This document shows, one piece after another, positions 1 to 7,345 of a stretch of 55,683 bases of DNA (the stretch's first letter is position 1; every line of letters starts with the position of its first letter). A program made the position numbers and the translations under genes. The notes below the pieces were generated by a model. It made no database searches, was not told where the DNA came from, and saw nothing but the letters and a program-made list of their open reading frames with translations. The stretch lies in the IMG/VR virus record IMGVR_UViG_3300047554_000738, positions 1 through 55,683 of that record; one strand, written 5' to 3'. The stretch comes from a virus. Taxonomy: Duplodnaviria > Caudoviricetes.

Positions 1-107
1 GTTATTAATAATACTATATAATATGATTACAATGATGATTAAAGAAAGTTAATAAAGGGTAGTATGGAGTTCCAACCACAAACCCAACCTTCTCCCTCTC
101 CCACCAC

Positions 108-136
108 TTGCAATTCACAAATTTTTGGTTTATTTT
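108..136 (+). promoter_or_regulatory. Sigma70-like promoter for the early region
   Basis: TTGCAA (108-113)-N17-TATTTT (131-136) directly upstream of the first ORF; same -35 hexamer as the portal promoter. Confidence 0.5.
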
Positions 137-144
137 AGGAGTAT

Positions 145-357
145 ATGGAAGAGATAAATGATTATGAAAACAGCACAACGATAGAGAGGGATATCGGAAA
201 TGCTGTTAAATCTTTAGAAGAAGCTATTGAGCAAGTTAAATCTTGTTATGAGTTTTTAGCCACTTACAGGAAGCGAGAGTTACTGTATGGGTACACAGAT
301 GACCTTACGAGCTTTTTGGAGCTCTGGAGGACCGGAGAGTGGGAAAAAATGGGATAA
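145..357 (+). CDS. Hypothetical protein (70 aa)
   Basis: ORF with AGGAG upstream of ATG. Confidence 0.7.
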   Translation: MEEINDYENSTTIERDIGNAVKSLEEAIEQVKSCYEFLATYRKRELLYGYTDDLTSFLELWRTGEWEKMG

Positions 358-363
358 TATAAA

Positions 364-433
364 GGGTACAGTCCTTCATTCCCTTGCATATCTGGTTGCT
401 GCATTTCTCCTTGTATGCAATAGGGCTGTACCT
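364..433. other. Long intergenic stem-loop (candidate structured RNA or regulatory hairpin)
   Basis: GGTACAGTCCT (365-375) pairs with AGGGCTGTACC (422-432); inner TTGCATA (384-390) pairs with TATGCAA (414-420). Confidence 0.6.
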
Positions 434-462
434 AAATTTTTAAATATTTATAAGGAACTATT

Positions 463-930
463 ATGACAATATTCAAACACATTAAGTTGATGTGGAAGCA
501 TGAGGTAGAAGAGATTGAAGGGTGGCCGATGGAAGTGTCGGTGGATGACTTCAAGAAACAATTCCATGAGAAGTATGATAATGCTATCAGGGATATTGCA
601 GCTTTGTATGAAAATACAGATACTGACTTATGGGAACAGATTGATTCTTATATCGAGAATAATCTGTTATCTAAACCCGGGGAAGCAGAACCGGAGGTAA
701 CAAAGAAACCAACTTTAGAAGAAGAGGTGGAGTACGCTACGAACTTATCAATTAAAATGCACAAAGAGCTTGGAGAAGAATGGGATAAATTATTAGAATT
801 AGGTTATGACAAGAAAGGTGCTATTACTATTCTAACTTCATCCTATGGCAACGTTTTTATTACTTTCTTGAAGAAAGCGTATAGAGAACCTTTAATGATT
901 CTTATGAAATTATTTGCAAATACACAATGA
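463..930 (+). CDS. Hypothetical protein (155 aa)
   Basis: ORF with AAGGA RBS. Confidence 0.75.
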   Translation: MTIFKHIKLMWKHEVEEIEGWPMEVSVDDFKKQFHEKYDNAIRDIAALYENTDTDLWEQIDSYIENNLLSKPGEAEPEVTKKPTLEEEVEYATNLSIKMHKELGEEWDKLLELGYDKKGAITILTSSYGNVFITFLKKAYREPLMILMKLFANTQ

Positions 931-939
931 AGGTGAAAG

Positions 940-1128
940 ATGAAAGTAAAAACAGACATTGAGTTGTGTCTGCATGATATTCAGAAGGACATTGAACGTG
1001 TCAAAGAGAATATTCCAAAACTCACTAAACGAGATATGTTTAGTATCCTTTCTGAAATCAAGAAGATAGACATACAAATAACAAGTATTTATTCACTGTT
1101 AAGCAAAACTTATGATGACGTTAAATAG
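940..1128 (+). CDS. Hypothetical coiled-coil protein (62 aa)
   Basis: ORF with AGGTG RBS, tiles with neighbours. Confidence 0.65.
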   Translation: MKVKTDIELCLHDIQKDIERVKENIPKLTKRDMFSILSEIKKIDIQITSIYSLLSKTYDDVK

Positions 1129-1351
1129 AATCGAGATGGAATGCAGGCTCGATGAACATTTGAGATGGAATTTTCAACCGTCAATTGAGCATACAGATTA
1201 TATCAAAAGCATATTCAATATGTATTGGGACAACAGATTAAACCTTGAAGGAGCGAAGCAAAGACTTTGCAATTTGTACGATGAATATACTGTTGATAAA
1301 ATATTCGATATAGTATTTTTAAAGGAGGAAGATACCGATGTGCGTAGCTAA
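1112..1351 (+). CDS. Hypothetical protein (79 aa)
   Basis: ORF tiling between neighbours. Confidence 0.65.
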   Translation: MMTLNRIEMECRLDEHLRWNFQPSIEHTDYIKSIFNMYWDNRLNLEGAKQRLCNLYDEYTVDKIFDIVFLKEEDTDVRS

Positions 1352-1586
1352 TTTCCCAGTACCCGAAATATATGGGTTACTAAAATCGCTATATCCCGCA
1401 CTTAAAGAAAATGCGTGGGAAGTATTAGAATGTCAATATAACATTCGGCATGACGGTTATATCTTGTTAGCGTTCAAAGAGCCAAGCAAGATGTTTAAGA
1501 CTAAACTAAAAGTCAAGTTCGCTAAAAGAGACGGCGAAAATAAATATGATGTCTCGTGTGAATCAACTAATGTGAGAGTAATATAA
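1338..1586 (+). CDS. Hypothetical protein (82 aa)
   Basis: ORF with AGGAGG RBS; TAATG coupling to next gene. Confidence 0.7.
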   Translation: MCVANFPVPEIYGLLKSLYPALKENAWEVLECQYNIRHDGYILLAFKEPSKMFKTKLKVKFAKRDGENKYDVSCESTNVRVI

Positions 1587-2023
1587 TGGGAACAAGGTCT
1601 CATACAGTAATAAAAATGGATTGCACCAAGGAAGTGAATCCAGGCGATGTAACAATGTATCGCCAATTTGACGGTTATCCTGAAGGCCATGGATTGGATT
1701 TGGCTAATTATCTAAAAGATATTCGAATAGTTGATGGTATCAGTCCAAAAGATGAAAAAGATAAAATAGCTAATGGCATGCGTTGTCTTGCTGCTCAACT
1801 AATAGCTCATTTCAAAAATGGACCAGGTGATATTTATTTGTCTAATAATGAACAAGCACCAGGATGGCAAGAATACACTTATGTGATTTATAAAGATAAG
1901 GGAAGTGGCCAAATCAAAATGTTGGTTGATGGCATATCTAATGACAATGAAGATGAAAGTTTGTTCGATGGTACGCCACAAGAATTTATTAACAGATTCG
2001 GGAAGGAACAAAATAATGGATAA
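1586..2023 (+). CDS. Conserved phage protein of unknown function (MGTRS...YRQFDGYPEGHG...CLAAQL type)
   Basis: Motif pattern I recognise from diverse phage hypothetical proteins. Confidence 0.8.
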   Translation: MGTRSHTVIKMDCTKEVNPGDVTMYRQFDGYPEGHGLDLANYLKDIRIVDGISPKDEKDKIANGMRCLAAQLIAHFKNGPGDIYLSNNEQAPGWQEYTYVIYKDKGSGQIKMLVDGISNDNEDESLFDGTPQEFINRFGKEQNNG

Positions 2024-2396
2024 TGTATTAGCATTCGTATTGTTTACATTGCTATTTATGACTATATTTATAGTCGCAGACATGCTTATTGTAAAGTGGT
2101 CAGAAAAGAAATTTAAAGAGAATGCCACATGGGCAATTACTCTGTATGTCGAAAAGACAAAAGAAGCGAATAAGGAGATATTTATGTCAATCCTTAAAGA
2201 CAGACCTTATAGACCGAGAAGGCAAGATTTCAATAATCACGCTTCTGCTTGGCGGAAAAAAGGTGAGAAAGATTGGAAACGAACAGGCAGAGAAGATAAA
2301 AAACTTGATGAGTTCTTTGAACAGAAGCTTGTCGATGCTAAAGTGGAAGAACAAGAATTTGGTGATAAAATGTCAGATATTATATTAAATAAATAA
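2016..2396 (+). CDS. Membrane-anchored hypothetical protein
   Basis: Likely start ATG 2016 (AAGGA RBS); N-terminal hydrophobic helix VLAFVLFTLLFMTIFIVA. Confidence 0.7.
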   Translation: MDNVLAFVLFTLLFMTIFIVADMLIVKWSEKKFKENATWAITLYVEKTKEANKEIFMSILKDRPYRPRRQDFNNHASAWRKKGEKDWKRTGREDKKLDEFFEQKLVDAKVEEQEFGDKMSDIILNK

Positions 2397-2416
2397 AAAT
2401 ATCAGGAGTAATTAAA

Positions 2417-2503
2417 ATGAAGAAAAAAGAACGCATAATGGTAGATTGGACTAACGATATAATGTGGCTGAAAGCTGTTGACCGATTGGTAAGGTTAAGA
2501 TAA
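2417..2503 (+). CDS. Small ORF (28 aa, MKKKERIMVDWTNDIMWLKAVDRLVRLR), possible leader peptide
   Basis: CAGGAG RBS; runs into the tRNA-like element. Confidence 0.35.
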   Translation: MKKKERIMVDWTNDIMWLKAVDRLVRLR

Positions 2504-2557
2504 TATCGAACTCGTAATGGGTCTGCAGGTTCTAATCCTGTCAGCAAGTAAGCCACA
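2463..2557 (+). ncRNA. tRNA-like structured RNA without a canonical anticodon arm or CCA end
   Basis: D-arm GACC-GATTGGTAA-GGTT (2480-2496); long variable arm ACTCG-TAA-TGGGT; T-arm GCAGG-TTCTAAT-CCTGT (2525-2541); GCTG/CAGC acceptor-like pairs; closing stem TGTGGCT/AGCCACA. Confidence 0.6.
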
Positions 2558-2573
2558 ACTTTAAAAAGCGGTC

Positions 2574-2657
2574 TCCATAGCTGCTATATATTGTGAGGAT
2601 ATGGAAAGTACTAACCGAAACAAATTACGGTTAATAGTGTTTGGAGTAGGTTAGTAT
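2574..2657 (+). ncRNA. Second structured element: TCCATA/TATGGA hairpin plus hairpin with GAAA/GAGTA internal loop
   Basis: TACTAACC (2609-2616) pairs with GGTTAGTA (2649-2656); inner CAAA/TTTG; same internal loop as the upstream element. Confidence 0.5.
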
Positions 2658-2681
2658 GATTTAATTAACTTAGGAGGAATT

Positions 2682-3158
2682 ATGTTTGATAAACAAAGTC
2701 TAATAGAGAAATCATTAGATTATAAGAAAATGCACTATAACACGGAAAATGCTATAGCTAAAATGAATGTTGATAACACATGGGATAAGATAAGAATACT
2801 TGATGAATTTGGGTTCTATGTATATTCACTACCAGGATTCAAATTGGATATTTATATGTCAATGTATCATAATAAATATAAAACAGGTTACGAAGAAGAT
2901 TATCAGTTCTTTGAAGAATGTTTGGAACGGATTAAGATTCTTGGTAAGTTAGAGAATATTAGACAGAACTTTGAAGAAGATTCAGGAATGAAAAAGATAC
3001 AAGGTGATATAAACATTAATCCATACACTGTTATCCATGTTACTTTGACAGCAGAGTGTATAGGTGAAGAAATCATAGAAGAAATTGAGCATGAAGCTTA
3101 TACCGAAACAGTTACTAAATATGTATGTAAAGATGAAACATTTGCAAGAGGTATCTAA
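2682..3158 (+). CDS. Hypothetical protein (158 aa)
   Basis: ORF with AGGAGG RBS. Confidence 0.8.
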   Translation: MFDKQSLIEKSLDYKKMHYNTENAIAKMNVDNTWDKIRILDEFGFYVYSLPGFKLDIYMSMYHNKYKTGYEEDYQFFEECLERIKILGKLENIRQNFEEDSGMKKIQGDININPYTVIHVTLTAECIGEEIIEEIEHEAYTETVTKYVCKDETFARGI

Positions 3159-3598
3159 TGAACTCAACACAATCACAAATCGACAAGCTGAATAATCAGC
3201 CGTATGAGACTGCTACTCAAAAAGCACAAATAATGACTGACGCCGACAAAAAGGGGGCAAAGGTGTTCATTCAACGTTATAACGATAAATGGCACGAACT
3301 TACTGACAGCCCATCATGGAATTGGAGCCGATACCGTTACGCCGTTCTACTTCCCGAAGACATGAAACCAACTTACAGACCATACACAAAGGTAAATCCT
3401 GAGTGGAAAAGTAAATGGATTAAAAGAATTGGTATGAGTACTAAGGACGAAGTCATAACAGACGAATATCAAATAACAGGTATATCTATAAGAACGGATA
3501 ATGTTTATGCTATTGGATGGAGAACACTACCCGAACTATTCAATGATTTCACTTGGTCAGACGGCACACCGTTTGGGGAGGTAGATAATGGAAACTAA
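3158..3598 (+). CDS. Hypothetical phage protein (146 aa)
   Basis: TAATG coupling; PSWNWSRYRY and WSDGTPFG motifs typical of small phage early proteins. Confidence 0.75.
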   Translation: MNSTQSQIDKLNNQPYETATQKAQIMTDADKKGAKVFIQRYNDKWHELTDSPSWNWSRYRYAVLLPEDMKPTYRPYTKVNPEWKSKWIKRIGMSTKDEVITDEYQITGISIRTDNVYAIGWRTLPELFNDFTWSDGTPFGEVDNGN

Positions 3599-3902
3599 AT
3601 ACAGACTAAAAAAGGACATCGGGACTATGCCAAAAGGAAAAGAATTGAATCATAATAAATCTGATAATTATTGGTTTACCGAGAAAGGGTTGTATCAAAC
3701 CGATTTGATAATATCAGATAGAGATATTTATCTTTTCATTGAACAGGGCATAATCGAGGAAGTGGAAGAAAAGGAATTTACAAGGAGTGAAGTAGAATCA
3801 ATATGCAAAAAATATCAGCGAGATAGATGGCAGGGATATTTTGACAAAGAATTATTAGCAGGTATTGTAAAAGAACACATTAAACAGCGAGGTAACAAAT
3901 GA
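3588..3902 (+). CDS. Hypothetical protein (104 aa)
   Basis: GGAGG RBS. Confidence 0.75.
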   Translation: METKYRLKKDIGTMPKGKELNHNKSDNYWFTEKGLYQTDLIISDRDIYLFIEQGIIEEVEEKEFTRSEVESICKKYQRDRWQGYFDKELLAGIVKEHIKQRGNK

Positions 3903-4174
3903 ATGAAGAGTATATAAAAGAGTTATTTTTAAGGAATCAATTTAGAATAACATTAGCGGAAGAAGACGGTACAAACGGCACTGTAAAATACGCTATTCAT
4001 GTAATAGACGAAACTATATTTAAAAGGATATTAGACCAAGCCATGACAGCCCAGAGGGAAGCGTGTTATAATGATATTTGTGAACATTTAGATAACAGCG
4101 GCTCTTACGAAGGTTGGATTAAGCAAGAAAAGGAAAGATATAAATTTATCCTTAACGCAGAGGTGAAGCCATGA
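3899..4174 (+). CDS. Hypothetical protein (91 aa, ends EVKP)
   Basis: ATGA overlap, GAGGT RBS. Confidence 0.75.
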   Translation: MNEEYIKELFLRNQFRITLAEEDGTNGTVKYAIHVIDETIFKRILDQAMTAQREACYNDICEHLDNSGSYEGWIKQEKERYKFILNAEVKP

Positions 4175-4395
4175 AAAAAGTATTCAGGAAAAATGAAAAT
4201 ATGCATATAATCTTAGTAGCCGATATGGATGATATGCAAGTTACTTATGGTTGGTATTTAATACCGACTTTGATTTTCTCTAACGATACTTATCCGAGCA
4301 GTTATGATATTTATTATACTTACATGCTTGATTTTGTATGGTTAAAATTCCATTTATCAATTTGTTTTGGCAAGACCAAAGAGGTGAAGCCATGA
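4171..4395 (+). CDS. Hypothetical protein (74 aa, ends EVKP)
   Basis: Bounded by identical junction repeats. Confidence 0.7.
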   Translation: MKKVFRKNENMHIILVADMDDMQVTYGWYLIPTLIFSNDTYPSSYDIYYTYMLDFVWLKFHLSICFGKTKEVKP

Positions 4396-4619
4396 AAGTA
4401 ATTATTAATGACATTGGAGTAACAAATTATGTTAGTTTCATATTTGGTTTAAAGAGTCAAATAGAAAAATCAAATGGGTCAATTTATGGTATCGAAATGA
4501 CAAAGGGCGAAATAGAAGCAACAAAAAATTATGTTATAAATACTTTTAGAGTAGTTGGAACGAGCAAAAATCAAGCGACTAAATTATTTGATATACCGAT
4601 ATTCGAGGTGAAAAAATGA
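4392..4619 (+). CDS. Hypothetical protein (75 aa, ends EVKK)
   Basis: Start at ATG 4392 inside junction repeat. Confidence 0.7.
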   Translation: MKVIINDIGVTNYVSFIFGLKSQIEKSNGSIYGIEMTKGEIEATKNYVINTFRVVGTSKNQATKLFDIPIFEVKK

Positions 4620-5032
4620 GAGAGATTAAATTTAGAGCGTGGGACGGTGAAAACGGATTTATGATTTATCCAAATTTTAACAATGTCATTGAATTTCATG
4701 TCGACCCCAATGGTAAAAGTTATAGTGTTGTATTTGAGGATTTGGAGCGTGTTAATAATTGTGAGGTTATGCAATACACAGGCTTAAAAGACAAGAACGG
4801 TAAGGAGATTTACGAAGGGGATATAATCAAAGGTGAAGTCCAACAAAGTAGCGGTTCTCATCCTATGGAAGTTGTTTGGAATAAACGGGGATACTGGCAA
4901 GTCAAATTCAGAGATAGGGGAATAACGTATCATGATAGTCTATTCGATACTATATGTGATGATAACTATTATGGTTACTTTGTCATCGGCAACATTTACG
5001 AAAACCCTGAATTATTAGAGGTGAAGAAATGA
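4616..5032 (+). CDS. YopX family protein
   Basis: MREIKFRAWD...MQYTGLKDKNGKEIYEGDI...VIGNIYENPELL signature. Confidence 0.95.
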   Translation: MREIKFRAWDGENGFMIYPNFNNVIEFHVDPNGKSYSVVFEDLERVNNCEVMQYTGLKDKNGKEIYEGDIIKGEVQQSSGSHPMEVVWNKRGYWQVKFRDRGITYHDSLFDTICDDNYYGYFVIGNIYENPELLEVKK

Positions 5033-5271
5033 AAAAGAAAAGACCTTTTAGTAATGGTTCTGAATTTATGTATTGGCAAGAGCATAATTGTTGTCAATGC
5101 AAACGTTATACCAACCCAATGTCAAGCGAGAAAAAGGATTGCTGTCCACATGAATACGAATTAGCGATAGGACTTGTCGGAGATGGTGAAATACCAATTA
5201 GGAATTATAATATTATCTTTGGCAAAAGACAGCCGCAATCATGCAAATCGTTCAAGGAGGTGAAGCCATGA
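5029..5271 (+). CDS. Cys-rich (putative Zn-binding) phage protein
   Basis: FSNGSE...CCQC...CC...C; ends EVKP. Confidence 0.75.
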   Translation: MKKKRPFSNGSEFMYWQEHNCCQCKRYTNPMSSEKKDCCPHEYELAIGLVGDGEIPIRNYNIIFGKRQPQSCKSFKEVKP

Positions 5272-5480
5272 AAGTATATTGTAAGGATTGTACAAAGTCT
5301 TATTATTGTGAAAATGTGTACTTTATACCCGACGGTTACTATTGCAGTATTAAACCTATCGTTCCAAGAGTGGTGTTTAGGGATATGCAAGAGTGGGAAG
5401 CAAACCCTAACAACGACTGCCCTGACTTCAGCCCGAAGTTGTGGTATAGGATTAAGATGTTATTAAAGTGGGTTGGGTGA
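5268..5480 (+). CDS. Cys-rich small protein
   Basis: Start ATG 5268 in junction repeat; CKDC...C...C...NNDCPDF. Confidence 0.7.
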   Translation: MKVYCKDCTKSYYCENVYFIPDGYYCSIKPIVPRVVFRDMQEWEANPNNDCPDFSPKLWYRIKMLLKWVG

Positions 5481-5543
5481 CGAGAAACCTCCTATTTGAC
5501 AAAAGAGTTAATCGTGACAAGCGGGGAGAGACCCGCCTATTTT
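5480..5543 (+). other. Intergenic two-hairpin element (possible terminator or small structured RNA)
   Basis: GCGGG-GAGAGA-CCCGC (5521-5536) followed by CTATTTT; upstream imperfect hairpin ACGA...TCGT. Confidence 0.45.
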
Positions 5544-5566
5544 AAACAATTATTCAGGAGGATTAA

Positions 5567-5755
5567 ATGAAAGCGAAAACAGTAACGGTGAAAATAAAAA
5601 CCAAAAAAGAAAATGAATGCTCAATAAGATGTCCGCATATAATTATGAAGTTTATGCCTAACATAGAATTTTGCATACTCTTTAACTCGGAATTGCGAAC
5701 AAATAATGGGCAAATATTGCGTTGTCCACAATGTCTTAAATCGGAGGTCAAATGA
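5567..5755 (+). CDS. Cys-rich small protein (62 aa)
   Basis: AGGAGG RBS; CxxxC...C...RCPQC. Confidence 0.75.
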   Translation: MKAKTVTVKIKTKKENECSIRCPHIIMKFMPNIEFCILFNSELRTNNGQILRCPQCLKSEVK

Positions 5756-6189
5756 AAGCACTAACGACACACGAATTTGTAATATTGCCATATCAAAAGA
5801 AAATTGATTTACTTCGTTATTTGGGTTTAGAAGAAAAATGCGTAACAATTCCTATAAAAACAATCTTGCCAAGTGAACTGACTTTGATTGCAAGATACGC
5901 TCAATTTACCAGCCAACCCTTCAAGCCAGAACTCATAACAGAGTTGTTTGAGGGGTGGGAATTAATAGGGGGTATTTATACGAGTTCAGTCCAATTAGAC
6001 AAAATAAATTATAAAGATAAGGTATATCTTTTACAATTTTATTGGAATAGTTGGCAAATCAATTATAGAGCAAAAGGTGAAAAATATATTACACAATGTA
6101 AGGATAATTATTTGCCTAAAACCCTCGACCGCTTTATCTGTCACTGTCAAGATGCAGGTATTGAATTACAATTTAAGGAGGTGGGTTGA
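5752..6189 (+). CDS. Hypothetical protein (145 aa)
   Basis: ATGA overlap with GGAGGT RBS. Confidence 0.75.
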   Translation: MKALTTHEFVILPYQKKIDLLRYLGLEEKCVTIPIKTILPSELTLIARYAQFTSQPFKPELITELFEGWELIGGIYTSSVQLDKINYKDKVYLLQFYWNSWQINYRAKGEKYITQCKDNYLPKTLDRFICHCQDAGIELQFKEVG

Positions 6190-6479
6190 AAATTCAAGAT
6201 AGTTATGGGTATTGTGAATACGCTTTTGAGCATGATTCGTTTGGTGATTATGTCCATATTTACAATCTTTTTGTTTGTCCTGAGTTCAGAAGGCAAGGGC
6301 ATGCAAAAGACCTATTGCGAACAGCTGTTGGACGAATAAGAGAGACAGGGTATAAAGGTGAGATTCAGATTGTAGCTAAACCCGCCGATGATTCTATCCC
6401 CAAAGAAAAACTACGAGAATTTTATAAAAAAATGGGGCTTGAAGTATTTGACTATTATATGATTGGAGCAAAGCAATGA
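6186..6479 (+). CDS. GNAT family N-acetyltransferase (minimal)
   Basis: Acetyl-CoA motif A LFVCPEFRRQGHAKDLL and C-terminal FYKKMG; TTG start with GGAGGT RBS. Confidence 0.85.
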   Translation: MKIQDSYGYCEYAFEHDSFGDYVHIYNLFVCPEFRRQGHAKDLLRTAVGRIRETGYKGEIQIVAKPADDSIPKEKLREFYKKMGLEVFDYYMIGAKQ

Positions 6480-6775
6480 ATAATGAAATGACAATGCACG
6501 AATTTATAGAGCGAACAGCTTGGGGGCTACGCAAGATGGAATATACGCCAGAATATTTAATAGTTAGAACAGAACAATTTGAACATTGGCAATTTGATAT
6601 GGATAAATTATGCGATATTCCAATTATTAAAGCATCAATGGACTGTGTAGATGGTCATGCGGGACGCAACTATCCTGTATATCCTGCCTTCATAGATATG
6701 CACGAACATGAAATATACAGACAAACATATTTTTTCCAGCGGGGATTTGATGATTATTATTTGGAGCTAAAATGA
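6476..6775 (+). CDS. Hypothetical protein (99 aa, ends LELK)
   Basis: ATGA overlaps at both ends. Confidence 0.75.
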   Translation: MNNEMTMHEFIERTAWGLRKMEYTPEYLIVRTEQFEHWQFDMDKLCDIPIIKASMDCVDGHAGRNYPVYPAFIDMHEHEIYRQTYFFQRGFDDYYLELK

Positions 6776-6954
6776 CAAAGATTGAATTCTGTTTTGTTAG
6801 CGAATGTGCAGTTGATGGATGTTATAAGAAAAAAGTCAATAAGCGGATGTTCTGCAAACAACACGAAAAAGAGTATCAAGAAGGCAAACCTATGGAATGT
6901 TTTTATGGAAAAATTATTAAGAAAAAATTACAAGAGCAAAGCAATGAGCAATGA
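6772..6954 (+). CDS. Small Cys/His (putative Zn-finger) protein
   Basis: CAVDGC...FCKQH. Confidence 0.65.
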   Translation: MTKIEFCFVSECAVDGCYKKKVNKRMFCKQHEKEYQEGKPMECFYGKIIKKKLQEQSNEQ

Positions 6955-7345
6955 AATATTTTGTAAGAAAAACACAGTAATAGGCGAGTGTTCAAACGAA
7001 ATCAACGGTCAGTGTCTGTATGATGGTGAATGTGAATCACAAATCAAGGAAAAAGCAATGACAAAGAATGAAGAGATAATGAGAAAAATAGAAGGGTCAT
7101 TTAACGACTATATGAACGGCGAGATGAAAGACGATGACGAATTTCTGAATGCTATTCATAGTGCAATCAAAGACCACCTTCGAACCGAGAGAGATGAGTT
7201 GCTGATAAAGTTGGGGTTACTTGACTTTGAACTCGCAGGATTAGATTGGCATATTGGGGGAATAGAACTTGAAGAACGAAGGATTGATTTAGAAAAAGAA
7301 AATTTACTCAAACAATTACAGGAGCAAAGCAATGACAAAGGATGA
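6944..7345 (+). CDS. Hypothetical protein; apparent in-frame fusion of a Cys-rich unit (6944) and a second unit starting at ATG 7058
   Basis: Junction-type RBS before both 6944 and 7058; second unit is paralogous to 7593..7859. Confidence 0.65.
   Translation: MSNEIFCKKNTVIGECSNEINGQCLYDGECESQIKEKAMTKNEEIMRKIEGSFNDYMNGEMKDDDEFLNAIHSAIKDHLRTERDELLIKLGLLDFELAGLDWHIGGIELEERRIDLEKENLLKQLQEQSNDKG

Larger units (their letters stand above)
4160..6190 (+). repeat. Gene-junction repeat family A, consensus GAGGTGAAGCCATGAAA
   Basis: Exact 17-mer at 4160, 4381 and 5257 (4381 and 5257 share a 20-mer); variants at 4605, 5018, 5743 and 6178; each contains RBS plus overlapping start/stop. Confidence 0.85.

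Noticed and set aside
1-30. Possible inverted terminal repeat with the last 30 nt (GTTATTAATAATAC... vs reverse complement GTTAATTATAATAT...)
   Set aside because: Only a gapped, imperfect match in almost pure A/T sequence, and the right end is an open reading frame; not distinguishable from chance
2471-2549. Functional decoding tRNA gene
   Set aside because: No 5-bp anticodon stem with a 7-nt loop, only 4 acceptor pairs and no CCA; reported as tRNA-like instead
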